Part shown: piece by piece, positions 1 to 9,968 of the stretch
Layout of the letters: every line of letters starts with the position of its first letter
How positions within the stretch are numbered: position 1 is the first letter of the stretch
Source of the DNA: an uncultured Haloferula sp.
Lineage (GTDB): Bacteria; Verrucomicrobiota; Verrucomicrobiia; Verrucomicrobiales; Akkermansiaceae
Assembly: GCA_965652295.1 (NCBI GenBank)
Contig: CBFGTS010000026.1
Location: forward strand, 1-16,555
Direction of reading: 5' to 3'
DNA: 16,555 bases
The notes under the pieces: model-generated
What the model saw: only the letters and a program-made list of their open reading frames with translations
The model's database searches: none
What the model was told of the DNA's origin: nothing
Position numbers and translations under genes: made by a program

Positions 1-196
1 GCTTGCTCTTGGCACGGCGGCGGAGGATGCATGCGACGAAGCCGATGGCGGCGAGAAAGGAGCCGCCGGTGAGCCAGTGGTGCCAGGCGAACTCGAAAGT
101 GTCCATGTGGCCGTGATCGTGACCCGGGTGGGCGAGCGCGGTGGTGAGAGTGGACGCGAGGGCGGCGGGGAGGGCGTGGCGGAGGCGGAGTGTCAT
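1..196 (-). CDS. Small His-rich exported/membrane peptide resembling the HupE/UreJ N-terminus (3' end beyond the window edge)
   Basis: Hand translation from ATG at 196: MTLRLRHALPAALASTLTTALAHPGHDHGHMDTFEFAWHHWLTGGSFLAAIGFVACILRRRAKSK..., open to position 1. It shows a signal peptide ending A-L-A, then HPGHDHGH, a hydrophobic segment and a basic RRRAKSK. It lies 38 nt after the ureD stop on the same strand with C-ending codons like the operon. Confidence 0.75.
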   Translation of the reverse strand, partial: MTLRLRHALPAALASTLTTALAHPGHDHGHMDTFEFAWHHWLTGGSFLAAIGFVACILRRRAKSK

Positions 197-234
197 GGAT
201 CTACGGGGAATTTGAGCAAATGGTGTGCCACGGA

Positions 235-1074
235 TCAGAGCTTTCCGGTGCGGGCTCGGAGGCGGGGAAGGTGTCGGCCGAGATGTTCGCGGATGGCGAG
301 GCAGGTTTTGCGAACCGCAAGGCTGTCTGGAGTGAGAACGCGGATGACGGCGAAGCCGGGAGAAAGCTCACTGGCGCCGATGGCGAGGGTGCCGGTGGTG
401 AAGCGGGCTTCGAGTTCTGGAAGGACATCGGCCATTTTGCCGAAGCCGGGCAGATGGAGCCAGAAGGTGGCGACGAAGGCGGGTTGGCCGTCCGGGCTGA
501 GGAGCCGCCAGGCATCGGTCGCGGGGGCGAGTCGGGCGCGTTCGCGGGCGAGCGGGAGGCCGTCGGGCGTGGCGATGTCGAGCGCGGTGGCGAGGCGGCG
601 GAAGGCGAGCGACTCGCCATGGGCGTGCCGGCCGGGTGCGAGGAGGTCGAGGAAAACGAGGGAGGCGGTGGGGTGCACCTCGATCCGGGTGCGGATGGTG
701 GCCTCGGAGGCGGCTTGGGGAATGAGCAGATCGGGAATGACTTCGAGCCAGGCGTTCTCTCCGATTCTGAAAGTTTGGATCATCTCGGACGCCCCGGAGT
801 GCATGGTGTGGAGGCGGGTAGCGCTGGGAGAACTGAGCAGCACCGACGCACCGGCGAGGACGTCGATTTCCGCATCAAGGCGGTCGCCGGCGAAGAATCC
901 GGCGGTGGGATTGATGAGCTGGGTGAGCAGGGCGCGGCCGTCCCAGTAGGGTTTGCCGACATGGCAGAGGCCGCCGGTCTGCCGATGGGTGAGACGGGTG
1001 ACGCCGTCCTCCGTCGCCTCGAAGCGTAGACGGAGGGTGGAATCGAGGGAGGTGGAGGTGAGGGACAAGGGCAA
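235..1074 (-). CDS. ureD: Urease accessory protein UreD/UreH
   Basis: Motifs LINPTAGFFAGDRL, LSSPSATRLH, LEVIPDLLIP and LDLLAPGRHAHGESLAF are typical of UreD. Follows ureG. TTG start is uncertain by a few codons. Confidence 0.92.
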   Translation of the reverse strand: MPLSLTSTSLDSTLRLRFEATEDGVTRLTHRQTGGLCHVGKPYWDGRALLTQLINPTAGFFAGDRLDAEIDVLAGASVLLSSPSATRLHTMHSGASEMIQTFRIGENAWLEVIPDLLIPQAASEATIRTRIEVHPTASLVFLDLLAPGRHAHGESLAFRRLATALDIATPDGLPLARERARLAPATDAWRLLSPDGQPAFVATFWLHLPGFGKMADVLPELEARFTTGTLAIGASELSPGFAVIRVLTPDSLAVRKTCLAIREHLGRHLPRLRARTGKL

Positions 1075-1092
1075 GTGAGGGAAGAGGGGGGA

Positions 1093-1111
1093 AGCGAGTT
1101 GGAAACTCGCT
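1093..1111. other. Short stem-loop in the ureG-ureD spacer
   Basis: AGCGAGTT-GGA-AACTCGCT perfect 8-bp inverted repeat, with no clear U-tract. Confidence 0.45.
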
Positions 1112-1124
1112 CTCCTTATGGGTC

Positions 1125-1736
1125 TTATTGGAGGTCGGTAAAGAGCACGTGTTTGTGGAACCAGACCTTGAGGTCATCGAGGCCGACGCCGGCGCGGAGG
1201 TCGGTGAAGAGGAAGGGGCGGTCGCCACGCTTGGCGAGGGTGTCGCGGCGCATGAGGTCGGTATCGGCACCGACGTGGGGGGCGAGGTTGAGCTTGTTGA
1301 TGAGCAGCAGGTCGCTGTGGGCGATGGCGGGGCCGCCTTTGCGCGGAATGTCATCGCCCTCGGTGACGTCGATGACGTAGATGAAGACGTCGACTAGTTC
1401 GGGGGAGAAGGTGGCGGTGAGGTTGTCGCCGCCGGATTCGACGAGGATCACCTGCAACTCGGGGAAGCGGATCTTCATTTCCTCGATGGCTTCCAAGTTC
1501 ATGGAAATGTCATCGCGGATCGCGGTGTGGGGGCAGCCGCCGGTCTCGACGCCGAGGATGCGTTCGGGTGGCAGGGCGGAGGCGGCGATGAGCATCTTGG
1601 CGTCCTCTCGGGTATAGATGTCATTGGTGATGACGGCCATTTCGCACTCATCGCGGAAGAGTTCGCAGAGAACGCGGCAGAGGGTGGTTTTGCCGCAGCC
1701 AACGGGGCCGCCGATGCCGATACGGATGGGGGTCAT
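1125..1736 (-). CDS. ureG: Urease accessory GTPase UreG
   Basis: P-loop [19 protein letters not shown], Ni-binding [20 protein letters not shown] and DIPRKGGP. The G4 motif reads NKLN (see findings). Confidence 0.98.
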   Translation of the reverse strand: MTPIRIGIGGPVGCGKTTLCRVLCELFRDECEMAVITNDIYTREDAKMLIAASALPPERILGVETGGCPHTAIRDDISMNLEAIEEMKIRFPELQVILVESGGDNLTATFSPELVDVFIYVIDVTEGDDIPRKGGPAIAHSDLLLINKLNLAPHVGADTDLMRRDTLAKRGDRPFLFTDLRAGVGLDDLKVWFHKHVLFTDLQ

Positions 1737-1738
1737 GC

Positions 1739-1773
1739 GATTGCCGATTGGGGATTGGAGATTTTCGATTTAA
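1739..1773. repeat. Heptamer tandem repeat (GATTnnn) x5
   Basis: GATTGCC GATTGGG GATTGGA GATTTTC GATTTAA fills the ureF-ureG spacer, and the last unit contains the ureF stop. Confidence 0.85.
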
Positions 1774-2462
1774 GAAATGAAGAGGCGGGCGGGCGCGTGC
1801 TCGTGGCGGGCCGAAGCGATGTCCCAGAGCGGGGTGTAGGAGCCGATGTCGGTTTCGTCGAGAGTGAGGGAGGACGCGACAGCGGCGGGAATGGCGGTGG
1901 CGCAGCGTGCAAGGATCCCCTGGATGGCGGAAGGGCCGAGGTGGAGGAGCTTGAGGCCGGCTTGGGCGAGGCCGGCGAGCGTCTGCCATGCGGTGGCGTG
2001 GAGGGCGGGGACGGTCGGAATGTCACGGAGATGATGAAGTACGGCGACGGCCGTAGCGGATTGCCGGTGGGGGAGATGCGCGAGGATATGCTGGAGGGCG
2101 TCGGTGCGGTCGGGCACAAGCTGGGGAGCAAGGGCGAGGAGCTGGCGACCCATGCGGGTGGAGGCGGAGCGCAGTTCGGCGGTGGGGCGGGTGGCAAGCG
2201 CGAGGTGATCGAGACGGGTGAGGCCGGGGAGATCGTCGATCTCCAAGGCGATGCGAGTGAGACGGATGAGGGGCAGCTCGATTTCGGCGAGGGAGCCGAG
2301 CATTTCCCGGGTGAGGAAACGCTCAAGGCCGGCGGCGTCGGTGACGGCAGCCATCTGGACGAGGCCCTCAAGACCGAAAGAATGGGCGTAGGCTCCGATC
2401 GGCAGGGTGGAATCGGAGAGCTGGAGAAGGGCGGGAAGCCAGGTGGTTTCGGGCGGGTTCAC
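1770..2462 (-). CDS. ureF: Urease accessory protein UreF
   Basis: N-terminal LLQLSDSTLPIGAYAHSFGLE, ELRSASTRMGRQLL and the conserved C-terminal HEHAPARLFIS. GTG start. Confidence 0.96.
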   Translation of the reverse strand: MNPPETTWLPALLQLSDSTLPIGAYAHSFGLEGLVQMAAVTDAAGLERFLTREMLGSLAEIELPLIRLTRIALEIDDLPGLTRLDHLALATRPTAELRSASTRMGRQLLALAPQLVPDRTDALQHILAHLPHRQSATAVAVLHHLRDIPTVPALHATAWQTLAGLAQAGLKLLHLGPSAIQGILARCATAIPAAVASSLTLDETDIGSYTPLWDIASARHEHAPARLFIS

Positions 2463-2510
2463 CGGTGAGGTGGGGCTGCCGGGGGTATTGGATCAGGAGG
2501 GGCCGGATTT

Positions 2511-2945
2511 TTAGTGGTGGTGATGATGGTGGGCGGAGTGGGGGTCGGCGAGGAAGACTTCGGTGCCGTGATGGTGGTGGATGTGGTGACGGTGAAGGGC
2601 GTCGGCGAGAGTGGCGACGTCTTCAACAAGGATGGCATCGTGGCGGACTTCGACCGGGAGGTGTTGATTGCCAAGGAACCAGCCGAGACGCGCGGCTGCG
2701 TCGGTTTCTGCGGGGAGTGGAACGATGAGGACGGGCTCGGGGGTTTGTCGTACTTCGTAGCGTGAGGTTTCAGTGACGGCGATCGTGGTGCCGTGGGTGA
2801 CGGGCTCGGGGAGGTCGATTGCGAGTTCGGTGCCATCGGCGGCGGTGGCGCGCCAGCGGCGCTTTTGCAGCGTGTGGCGATCGAGCTCGACTGCGATCGC
2901 AGGGAGGGAGGCGTCCGAGGTTTGAGGAAGCGAGTGGATGAGCAT
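2511..2945 (-). CDS. ureE: Urease nickel metallochaperone UreE
   Basis: KRRWRATAADGTELAIDL, LGWFLGNQHLPV (GNxH Ni site) and a His-rich C-terminal tail. Lies between ureC and ureF. Confidence 0.95.
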   Translation of the reverse strand: MLIHSLPQTSDASLPAIAVELDRHTLQKRRWRATAADGTELAIDLPEPVTHGTTIAVTETSRYEVRQTPEPVLIVPLPAETDAAARLGWFLGNQHLPVEVRHDAILVEDVATLADALHRHHIHHHHGTEVFLADPHSAHHHHHH

Positions 2946-2953
2946 GGGCTTGG

Positions 2954-4717
<1,764 letters not shown>

Positions 4718-4767
4718 GGGAAGAGTTCAGGAGATGGGCGTGGCGGATGAAATCCGCCGCCACGATT

Positions 4768-5079
4768 TCAGAGCGCGCCGTTGGTGAGGTTGTTGAGGCC
4801 GTGGACGATGCGTTGGCCGGCGAGGGCGACGAGCGGGACGGAGCGTTGATCGCCGGGCTCGAAGCGGATGGCGGTGCCGGCGGGGATGTCGAGGCGGTAG
4901 CCGCGGGCGGCGGCGCGGTCGAACTCAAGGGCGGTGTTTACTTCGGCGAAATGGAAGTGGGAGCCGACCTGGATGGGACGGTCACCGGTGTTGGCGACGG
5001 CGATCTCAAGGGTGTCGAGGCCGGCATTGGCTTCGAGGTCGGGTGCGTCGGGCGGAGTGATGATTTCGCCGGGTATCAT
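4768..5079 (-). CDS. ureB: Urease beta subunit
   Basis: MIPGE start, [38 protein letters not shown]. Confidence 0.99.
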   Translation of the reverse strand: MIPGEIITPPDAPDLEANAGLDTLEIAVANTGDRPIQVGSHFHFAEVNTALEFDRAAARGYRLDIPAGTAIRFEPGDQRSVPLVALAGQRIVHGLNNLTNGAL

Positions 5080-5083
5080 GCCT

Positions 5084-5118
5084 GATTTCCGATTGAAGAT
5101 TGAGGATTTTCGATTGGT
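5084..5118. repeat. Heptamer tandem repeat (GATTnnn) x5
   Basis: GATTTCC GATTGAA GATTGAG GATTTTC GATTGGT fills the ureA-ureB spacer. Confidence 0.85.
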
Positions 5119-5122
5119 AGGC

Positions 5123-5425
5123 TCAGCCGATCGGGTTGTGGACGGTGACGAGCTTGGTACCGTCGGGGAAGGTGGCTTCGACTTGGACTTCGTGGATCAT
5201 TTCGGCGACGCCGGGCATGACGTCGCCGCGGGTGAGGATGCGGGTGCCTTCGTCCATGAGGGTGGCGACGGATTTGCCATCGCGGGCGCCTTCGAAGATC
5301 TCGTAGGTGATGATGGCGACGGCTTCCGGATAGTTGAGCTTGAGGCCGCGGGCCTGGCGGCGGCGGGCGAGGTCGGCGGCGACGACGACCATCAGCTTTT
5401 CCTGTTCGCGGGGAGAGAGATGCAT
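5123..5425 (-). CDS. ureA: Urease gamma subunit
   Basis: [41 protein letters not shown]; 100 aa. Confidence 0.99.
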   Translation of the reverse strand: MHLSPREQEKLMVVVAADLARRRQARGLKLNYPEAVAIITYEIFEGARDGKSVATLMDEGTRILTRGDVMPGVAEMIHEVQVEATFPDGTKLVTVHNPIG

Positions 5426-5437
5426 GGGTGAAAAAAG

Positions 5438-5461
5438 CTGAAAAACTGAAACGCTGAAAGA
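5438..5461. repeat. Octamer tandem repeat (CTGAAAnn) x3
   Basis: CTGAAAAA CTGAAACG CTGAAAGA in the urtE-ureA spacer, preceded by a similar GTGAAAAAAG. Confidence 0.65.
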
Positions 5462-5494
5462 AAGAGGTCGAAGGCGGGGCGCCTGTCGTCTTCG

Positions 5495-6214
5495 TCAGAC
5501 TTCGAGGTGTTCTTTGACGACTTCGTCGGTGAGCTCGGCGATGGTGCCGGAGGAGGAGACGGTGCCGCGGTCCATGGTGTAGAAGCGGTCGGCGGTTTCG
5601 CGACAGAAATCGACGTACTGCTCGACGAGCAGCATGGCGAGGCCGCCTTCCTTTTTGAGGCGCTTCAGGGTGTCGCCGATGAGGTCGATGATGGAAGGTT
5701 GGATGCCCTCGGTGGGCTCATCGAGGATGAGGAGCTTGGGGCCGGTGAGGAGGGCGCGGCCGATGGCGAGCTGTTGTTGCTGGCCGCCGGACAGAACGCC
5801 GCCCTTGCGCTTGAGCATCTCGCGGAGGACGGGGAAGAGATCGTAAACGCGATCGAGGGCTTCTTTGGCTTCGGAGCGTGAGCGGCGCTTGACGGTGAGG
5901 CCGGCCTGGAGGTTCTCGCCGACGGTGAGGTGGGGGAAGATGTCGCGGCCTTGGGGGACGTGGGCGATGCCGTTGCGGGCGCGCCGGTCGATGGGAACGC
6001 GGTTGATGGGGTGGTTTTCGAAACGGATCTCGCCGCTGCGGTGGCTGAGCAGGCCGGTGATGGTGCGCAGGGTGGTGGTCTTGCCGACGCCGTTGCGGCC
6101 CATGAGGGCGACGACTTCGCCGGGCTCTACGGTGAGGGAAACGCCGCGGAGGATGCGGGAGCCGGCGATGTCGGCTTCGACGGAATCGAGTTCGAGAATG
6201 GGGAGCGCGGACAT
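5495..6214 (-). CDS. urtE: Urea ABC transporter ATP-binding subunit UrtE
   Basis: Walker A GRNGVGKTT, VPQGRDIFPHLTV, signature LSGGQQQQLAIGRAL and LLILDEPTEGIQPSII (UrtE-typical). ATG 6214 chosen because it avoids overlap with urtD. Confidence 0.95.
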   Translation of the reverse strand: MSALPILELDSVEADIAGSRILRGVSLTVEPGEVVALMGRNGVGKTTTLRTITGLLSHRSGEIRFENHPINRVPIDRRARNGIAHVPQGRDIFPHLTVGENLQAGLTVKRRSRSEAKEALDRVYDLFPVLREMLKRKGGVLSGGQQQQLAIGRALLTGPKLLILDEPTEGIQPSIIDLIGDTLKRLKKEGGLAMLLVEQYVDFCRETADRFYTMDRGTVSSSGTIAELTDEVVKEHLEV

Positions 6215-6221
6215 GGGAGGA

Positions 6222-7016
6222 TCAGGCGGCTTTGCCACGGCCGAGGTAGACTTCGCGGACCTTGGGGTTCGACTGCACTTCGTCGAACTTGCCTTCGCAG
6301 AGCACGGTGCCTTGGTGAAGGACGGTGACTTTGCCGTCGCGGGCGATTTGTTTGACGAAGGTCATGTCGTGCTCGATGACGATGAGGCTGTGTTTTCCGG
6401 CGAGGGAAATGAGCAGCTCGCCGGTGCGGTGCGTTTCGTCATCGGACATGCCGGCGGCGGGTTCATCGACAAGCAGGACGGCGGGTTCCTGGGAGAGGAG
6501 CATGCCGATCTCAAGCCACTGTTTCTGGCCGTGGGAAAGGGAGCCGGCGATGGTCTGGCGCATGTCGGTGAGGCGGATGGTTTCGAGGACCTCGTCAATG
6601 CGTTCGCGGTCGGCCTTGGACTCGTGGTAGAAGAGGGTGGAGAAGAGGCCGCGCGAGCGGGGCAGCGAGAGCAGCAGGTTGTCGTAAACGGTGTGCTGGG
6701 TGTAGACGCTGGGCGTCTGGAATTTCCGTGCGATGCCGAGGCGGGTGATTTTGAACTCGGGCTGCTTGGTGAGGTCGACGTCGTGGCCGTCGGGTTTGTG
6801 AAGTGTGAGCGTGCCGGTATCGGGCCGGGTGCGGCCGGTGATGAGGTCCATGAAGGTGGACTTGCCGGCACCGTTGGGACCGATGATGGTGCGGAGTTCG
6901 CCTTCGCCGAGATAGAAGTTGAGATCGGAGATGGCCTTGAAACCATCGAAGGTCTTGTTCACGCCTTCGACCGAGAGGACGAGGTCGGTGCCGCGGTGGA
7001 GGGGTGGCTGGGTCAT
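6222..7016 (-). CDS. urtD: Urea ABC transporter ATP-binding subunit UrtD
   Basis: FDGFKAI, GPNGAGKST, RKFQTPSVY, LSHGQKQWLEIGM, VIEHDMTFV, VREVYLGR. The real start is probably ATG 7016, since the longer ORF overlaps urtC. Confidence 0.95.
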   Translation of the reverse strand: MTQPPLHRGTDLVLSVEGVNKTFDGFKAISDLNFYLGEGELRTIIGPNGAGKSTFMDLITGRTRPDTGTLTLHKPDGHDVDLTKQPEFKITRLGIARKFQTPSVYTQHTVYDNLLLSLPRSRGLFSTLFYHESKADRERIDEVLETIRLTDMRQTIAGSLSHGQKQWLEIGMLLSQEPAVLLVDEPAAGMSDDETHRTGELLISLAGKHSLIVIEHDMTFVKQIARDGKVTVLHQGTVLCEGKFDEVQSNPKVREVYLGRGKAA

Positions 7017-7026
7017 GGGTAAAAAA

Positions 7027-8151
7027 TCAGGCGGGTTGTTCGGTGGCGGCGGCGGTCTTGCGGGCGGCGAGCTTGGCTTTGAGGCCGCGGAACTGCGCGG
7101 GCAGACCGACGATGCCGTTGGGCATGAAGACGACGACGAAGACGAAGAGTCCGCCGAGGATGAGCGGCCAGACTTCAGCGAACTCGCGGGTGGCCCAGCT
7201 TTTGAGAAGGTTGACGAGGATGGCTCCAATGATGGGTCCGATCTTGGTGCCGCGTCCGCCGACGGCGACCCAGACGACGACGTCGAGGCCTTTGGCGGCG
7301 ACCATTTCGGAGGGGTTGATGATGCCGGCCTGGGGGACGTAGAGGGCGCCGGCGGCTCCGGCGATCATGGCGGAGAGGGTGAAGGCGAAGAGCTTGAAGG
7401 TGGTGGTGGAGTAGCCGGAGAAGCGGACGCGGTTTTCGCTGTCGCGGATGGCCTGCTGGACCTTGCCGAATTTGGTCGAAAGCAGCCAGTTGATGAGGAG
7501 ATACGTGAGGAGTAGTAGTGCGGCGCTGGCGATGAAGATGCCACGGAGCGTGGCGGGGTCCCGCAGGTCGTGGCCGAGGAAGGTCTTGAAATCGGTGAAG
7601 CCGTTGTTTCCACCGAAGGTGAAGTCGTTGCGGAAAAAGAGCAGCGAGGCGGCGTAGGTGAGGGCCTGGGTGAGGATGGAGAAATAGACGCCCTTGATGC
7701 GTGAACGGAAGGCGAGGTAGCCGAAAATGAAGGCGAGCAGGCCGGGCACCCAGAAGACGGCGGCGGCGGCGAAGGGGAAGGAGTGGAAGGGTTCCCAGTG
7801 TGGGGGGAGTTCCTTGTAGCCGAGGAAATCCATGAAGTCGGGCAGGGCGCTCTTGTAGACCGGATCGGGCCCGATATTCAGCATGAGATACATGCCGAGC
7901 GCATAGCCGCCGAGGGCGAAGAACAGGTTCTGGCCGAGGCAGAGGAGTCCGGTGTAGCCCCAGATGAAGTTGAGGCTCATGGCCAGGACGCCGAAGCAGA
8001 GGTATTTCCCCCAGACGCCGAGCTGGAAAGTGGAGACGTGCAGGGCGGAGTCGGGCGAGAGGTGGCTGAGCGCCGGGATAACGAGGAGGAGGACGATGGC
8101 GGCGAGGGACAGGCCGACCTTTTCGACGAGGTTGTTTTTGAGCGAGGGCAT
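7027..8151 (-). CDS. urtC: Urea ABC transporter permease UrtC
   Basis: [72 protein letters not shown]. Confidence 0.96.
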   Translation of the reverse strand: MPSLKNNLVEKVGLSLAAIVLLLVIPALSHLSPDSALHVSTFQLGVWGKYLCFGVLAMSLNFIWGYTGLLCLGQNLFFALGGYALGMYLMLNIGPDPVYKSALPDFMDFLGYKELPPHWEPFHSFPFAAAAVFWVPGLLAFIFGYLAFRSRIKGVYFSILTQALTYAASLLFFRNDFTFGGNNGFTDFKTFLGHDLRDPATLRGIFIASAALLLLTYLLINWLLSTKFGKVQQAIRDSENRVRFSGYSTTTFKLFAFTLSAMIAGAAGALYVPQAGIINPSEMVAAKGLDVVVWVAVGGRGTKIGPIIGAILVNLLKSWATREFAEVWPLILGGLFVFVVVFMPNGIVGLPAQFRGLKAKLAARKTAAATEQPA

Positions 8152-8169
8152 GACGTGGAGAGATGGGCT

Positions 8170-9813
8170 TCAGTCGTCGAGGCTGCGTGAGCGGGAGGGG
8201 AACAGTCCGCCGGGCCGCCACTGGAGGAAGAGGATGATGCCGATGAGGACGCAGATTTTTCCCATCACGGGGCCGAGGAAGGGTTGCAGGCTCTGATCGA
8301 TCATGCCGATGCCGAGCGATGAAACGGCGGCACCGAGGAGATTGCCGACGCCGCCGATGACGACGACCATGAAGCTGTCGACGATGTAGGCCTGGCCCAT
8401 GGATGGGCCGACGTTGCCGATCTGGGAAAGGAAGGCTCCGGCGAGGCCGGCGAGTCCGGAGCCGAAGGCGAAGGTGAAGATGTTGATCTTGTTGGCGGGG
8501 ATGCCGAGGCCGGAGGCCATGCCGCGGTTCTGCATGGTGGCGCGCATGTGGAGCCCGATGCGGGTGCGGCGCAGGAGGATCCAGGTGAAGAGGACGACGG
8601 CGAGGGCGAAGAAGATGACGAAAACCCGATTGTAGGTCATGGTGACGCCGCCGGCATCGAAGCTGCCGGAGAGCCACTGGGGCGAGGCGACGGAGACGTT
8701 GGCCGCACCGAATTGGAGCCGCAGGACCTGCTGGATGATCATGGAGACGCCCCAGGTGGCGAGGAGCGATTCCAGCGGGCGTTTGTAGAGAAAGCGGATC
8801 ACGGTGCGTTCCAGAACGACGCCGAAGAACGCGGCGACCAGGAAGGCGAAGGGCAGGGAGACGAGGAAGTAGCTTTCGTAGCCGGAGGTGCCGACACCGT
8901 AGTGGGCGTCGAACCAGTTTTGTACGACGTACACCGTATAAGCGCCGATGGCGATGAACTCGCCATGGGCCATGTTGATGACGCCCATGAGGCCGAAGGT
9001 AATGGCGAGGCCGTAGGCGACGATCAGCAGGACGGAGCCGAGGCTGAGTCCTCGGAAAAGGGTGCCGTAGAATTCGACCTTCTTTTCGAAGGAAGCGATG
9101 GCGGCAAGGGCTTCGTCGGACTTCGCTCGCAGCAGTTCGGCGTCGGTGGACTCGTCGCCTTCGAGGGTGTCCTTGAAGCGTTTGATGAAATCCCGGGCTG
9201 CGATGACGTGACGTTCTCCGAGCAGCTCGATGGCGGTCACTTTCTCGGCGGTGTTGCCGTTGGCGAGGTGGGAAATGGCAATGGCTTCCTCGAAGGCGCG
9301 GCGGGTTTCGGGGTGCGTTTGTTTCGGAAGCCGCGCCTGGAGTTCGGGCAGGAAATCGGGCGACTGGCCGCTGCCGAGCTTCATGGCGGCGTCGGCGCGC
9401 TTTTCCAGGTCGGGAGCGACAAGGTCCAGGACGTCCACGAGCCGGCTGAGGTTGCGGCGGAGTTTGCGGGGCGCGCGGTTGACGGAGGCGGTGGCGGGAT
9501 CGCCGGTCCAGACTTGGCCGCTGGCGATTTCGACAAGGCCGCTGTCGGTTTTGAGAAGGGCGATCTTGTCCTCTCCGTCCGCGGCGGGTGCGGTCAGGAT
9601 TTTTCCGACGCGCCAAGCTTCAACGGTGTCCTTGATGACCGGATCTCCGAACTCGGAGAGGCGACTGAGGCTTGCTTCGGTGGTGCCCCGTTCCGTGATC
9701 AGGTCGGCCAGAGCGGCCCGGGCACCTGCGTCCGGCGGTGGGGCTTGGGTTTGGGCGAATCCGCCGTGGATGAGGAAAATGAAGAGGATCAGGGTTTGGC
9801 GGAAAGCGGTCAT
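8170..9813 (-). CDS. urtB: Urea ABC transporter permease UrtB, long form with N-terminal periplasmic helical domain
   Basis: GLSLGSVLLIVAYGLAITFGLMGVINMAHGEF, LYKRPLESLLATWGVS and YIVDSFMVVVIGGVG. ATG 9813 gives the signal peptide MTAFRQTLILFIFLIHGGFA. Confidence 0.95.
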   Translation of the reverse strand: MTAFRQTLILFIFLIHGGFAQTQAPPPDAGARAALADLITERGTTEASLSRLSEFGDPVIKDTVEAWRVGKILTAPAADGEDKIALLKTDSGLVEIASGQVWTGDPATASVNRAPRKLRRNLSRLVDVLDLVAPDLEKRADAAMKLGSGQSPDFLPELQARLPKQTHPETRRAFEEAIAISHLANGNTAEKVTAIELLGERHVIAARDFIKRFKDTLEGDESTDAELLRAKSDEALAAIASFEKKVEFYGTLFRGLSLGSVLLIVAYGLAITFGLMGVINMAHGEFIAIGAYTVYVVQNWFDAHYGVGTSGYESYFLVSLPFAFLVAAFFGVVLERTVIRFLYKRPLESLLATWGVSMIIQQVLRLQFGAANVSVASPQWLSGSFDAGGVTMTYNRVFVIFFALAVVLFTWILLRRTRIGLHMRATMQNRGMASGLGIPANKINIFTFAFGSGLAGLAGAFLSQIGNVGPSMGQAYIVDSFMVVVIGGVGNLLGAAVSSLGIGMIDQSLQPFLGPVMGKICVLIGIILFLQWRPGGLFPSRSRSLDD

Positions 9814-9889
9814 GGGAGGCGGCCTGGGTGGCGGGAAAGCGGATCGCGTGCCGAGTGGCCGTGCAAAACGTGCGGCCGGGAAATGAAGT

Positions 9890-9931
9890 TTGCCGGCACA
9901 CCTGACCCACGAGGAGGGGGTGTGCCGGCAA
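9890..9931. terminator. Stem-loop after urtA (mRNA stabiliser or partial terminator)
   Basis: Perfect 13-bp inverted repeat TTGCCGGCACACC / GGTGTGCCGGCAA with a 16-nt loop, followed on the minus strand by weakly U-rich ACTTCATTT. Confidence 0.65.
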
Positions 9932-9968
9932 GGACCTCTGAGCAACCGAGGTGAATGGGGGAACTGGT

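Noticed and set aside
7175..9616. 813 aa Arg/Pro-rich minus-strand ORF and similar alternate-frame ORFs
   Set aside because: Out-of-frame reading of urtB/urtC, with low-complexity composition typical of GC-rich off-frames.
9838..9853. Second sigma54-like element CGGCACGCGATCCGCT (minus strand) before urtB
   Set aside because: GG-N10-GC spacing fits, but the -12 box is poor (CCGC) and chance matches are likely at this GC content.
6215..9945. Longer starts given in the track for urtE (6238), urtD (7229) and urtB (9945)
   Set aside because: They overlap upstream genes or the hairpin. Downstream ATGs give family-typical N-termini.
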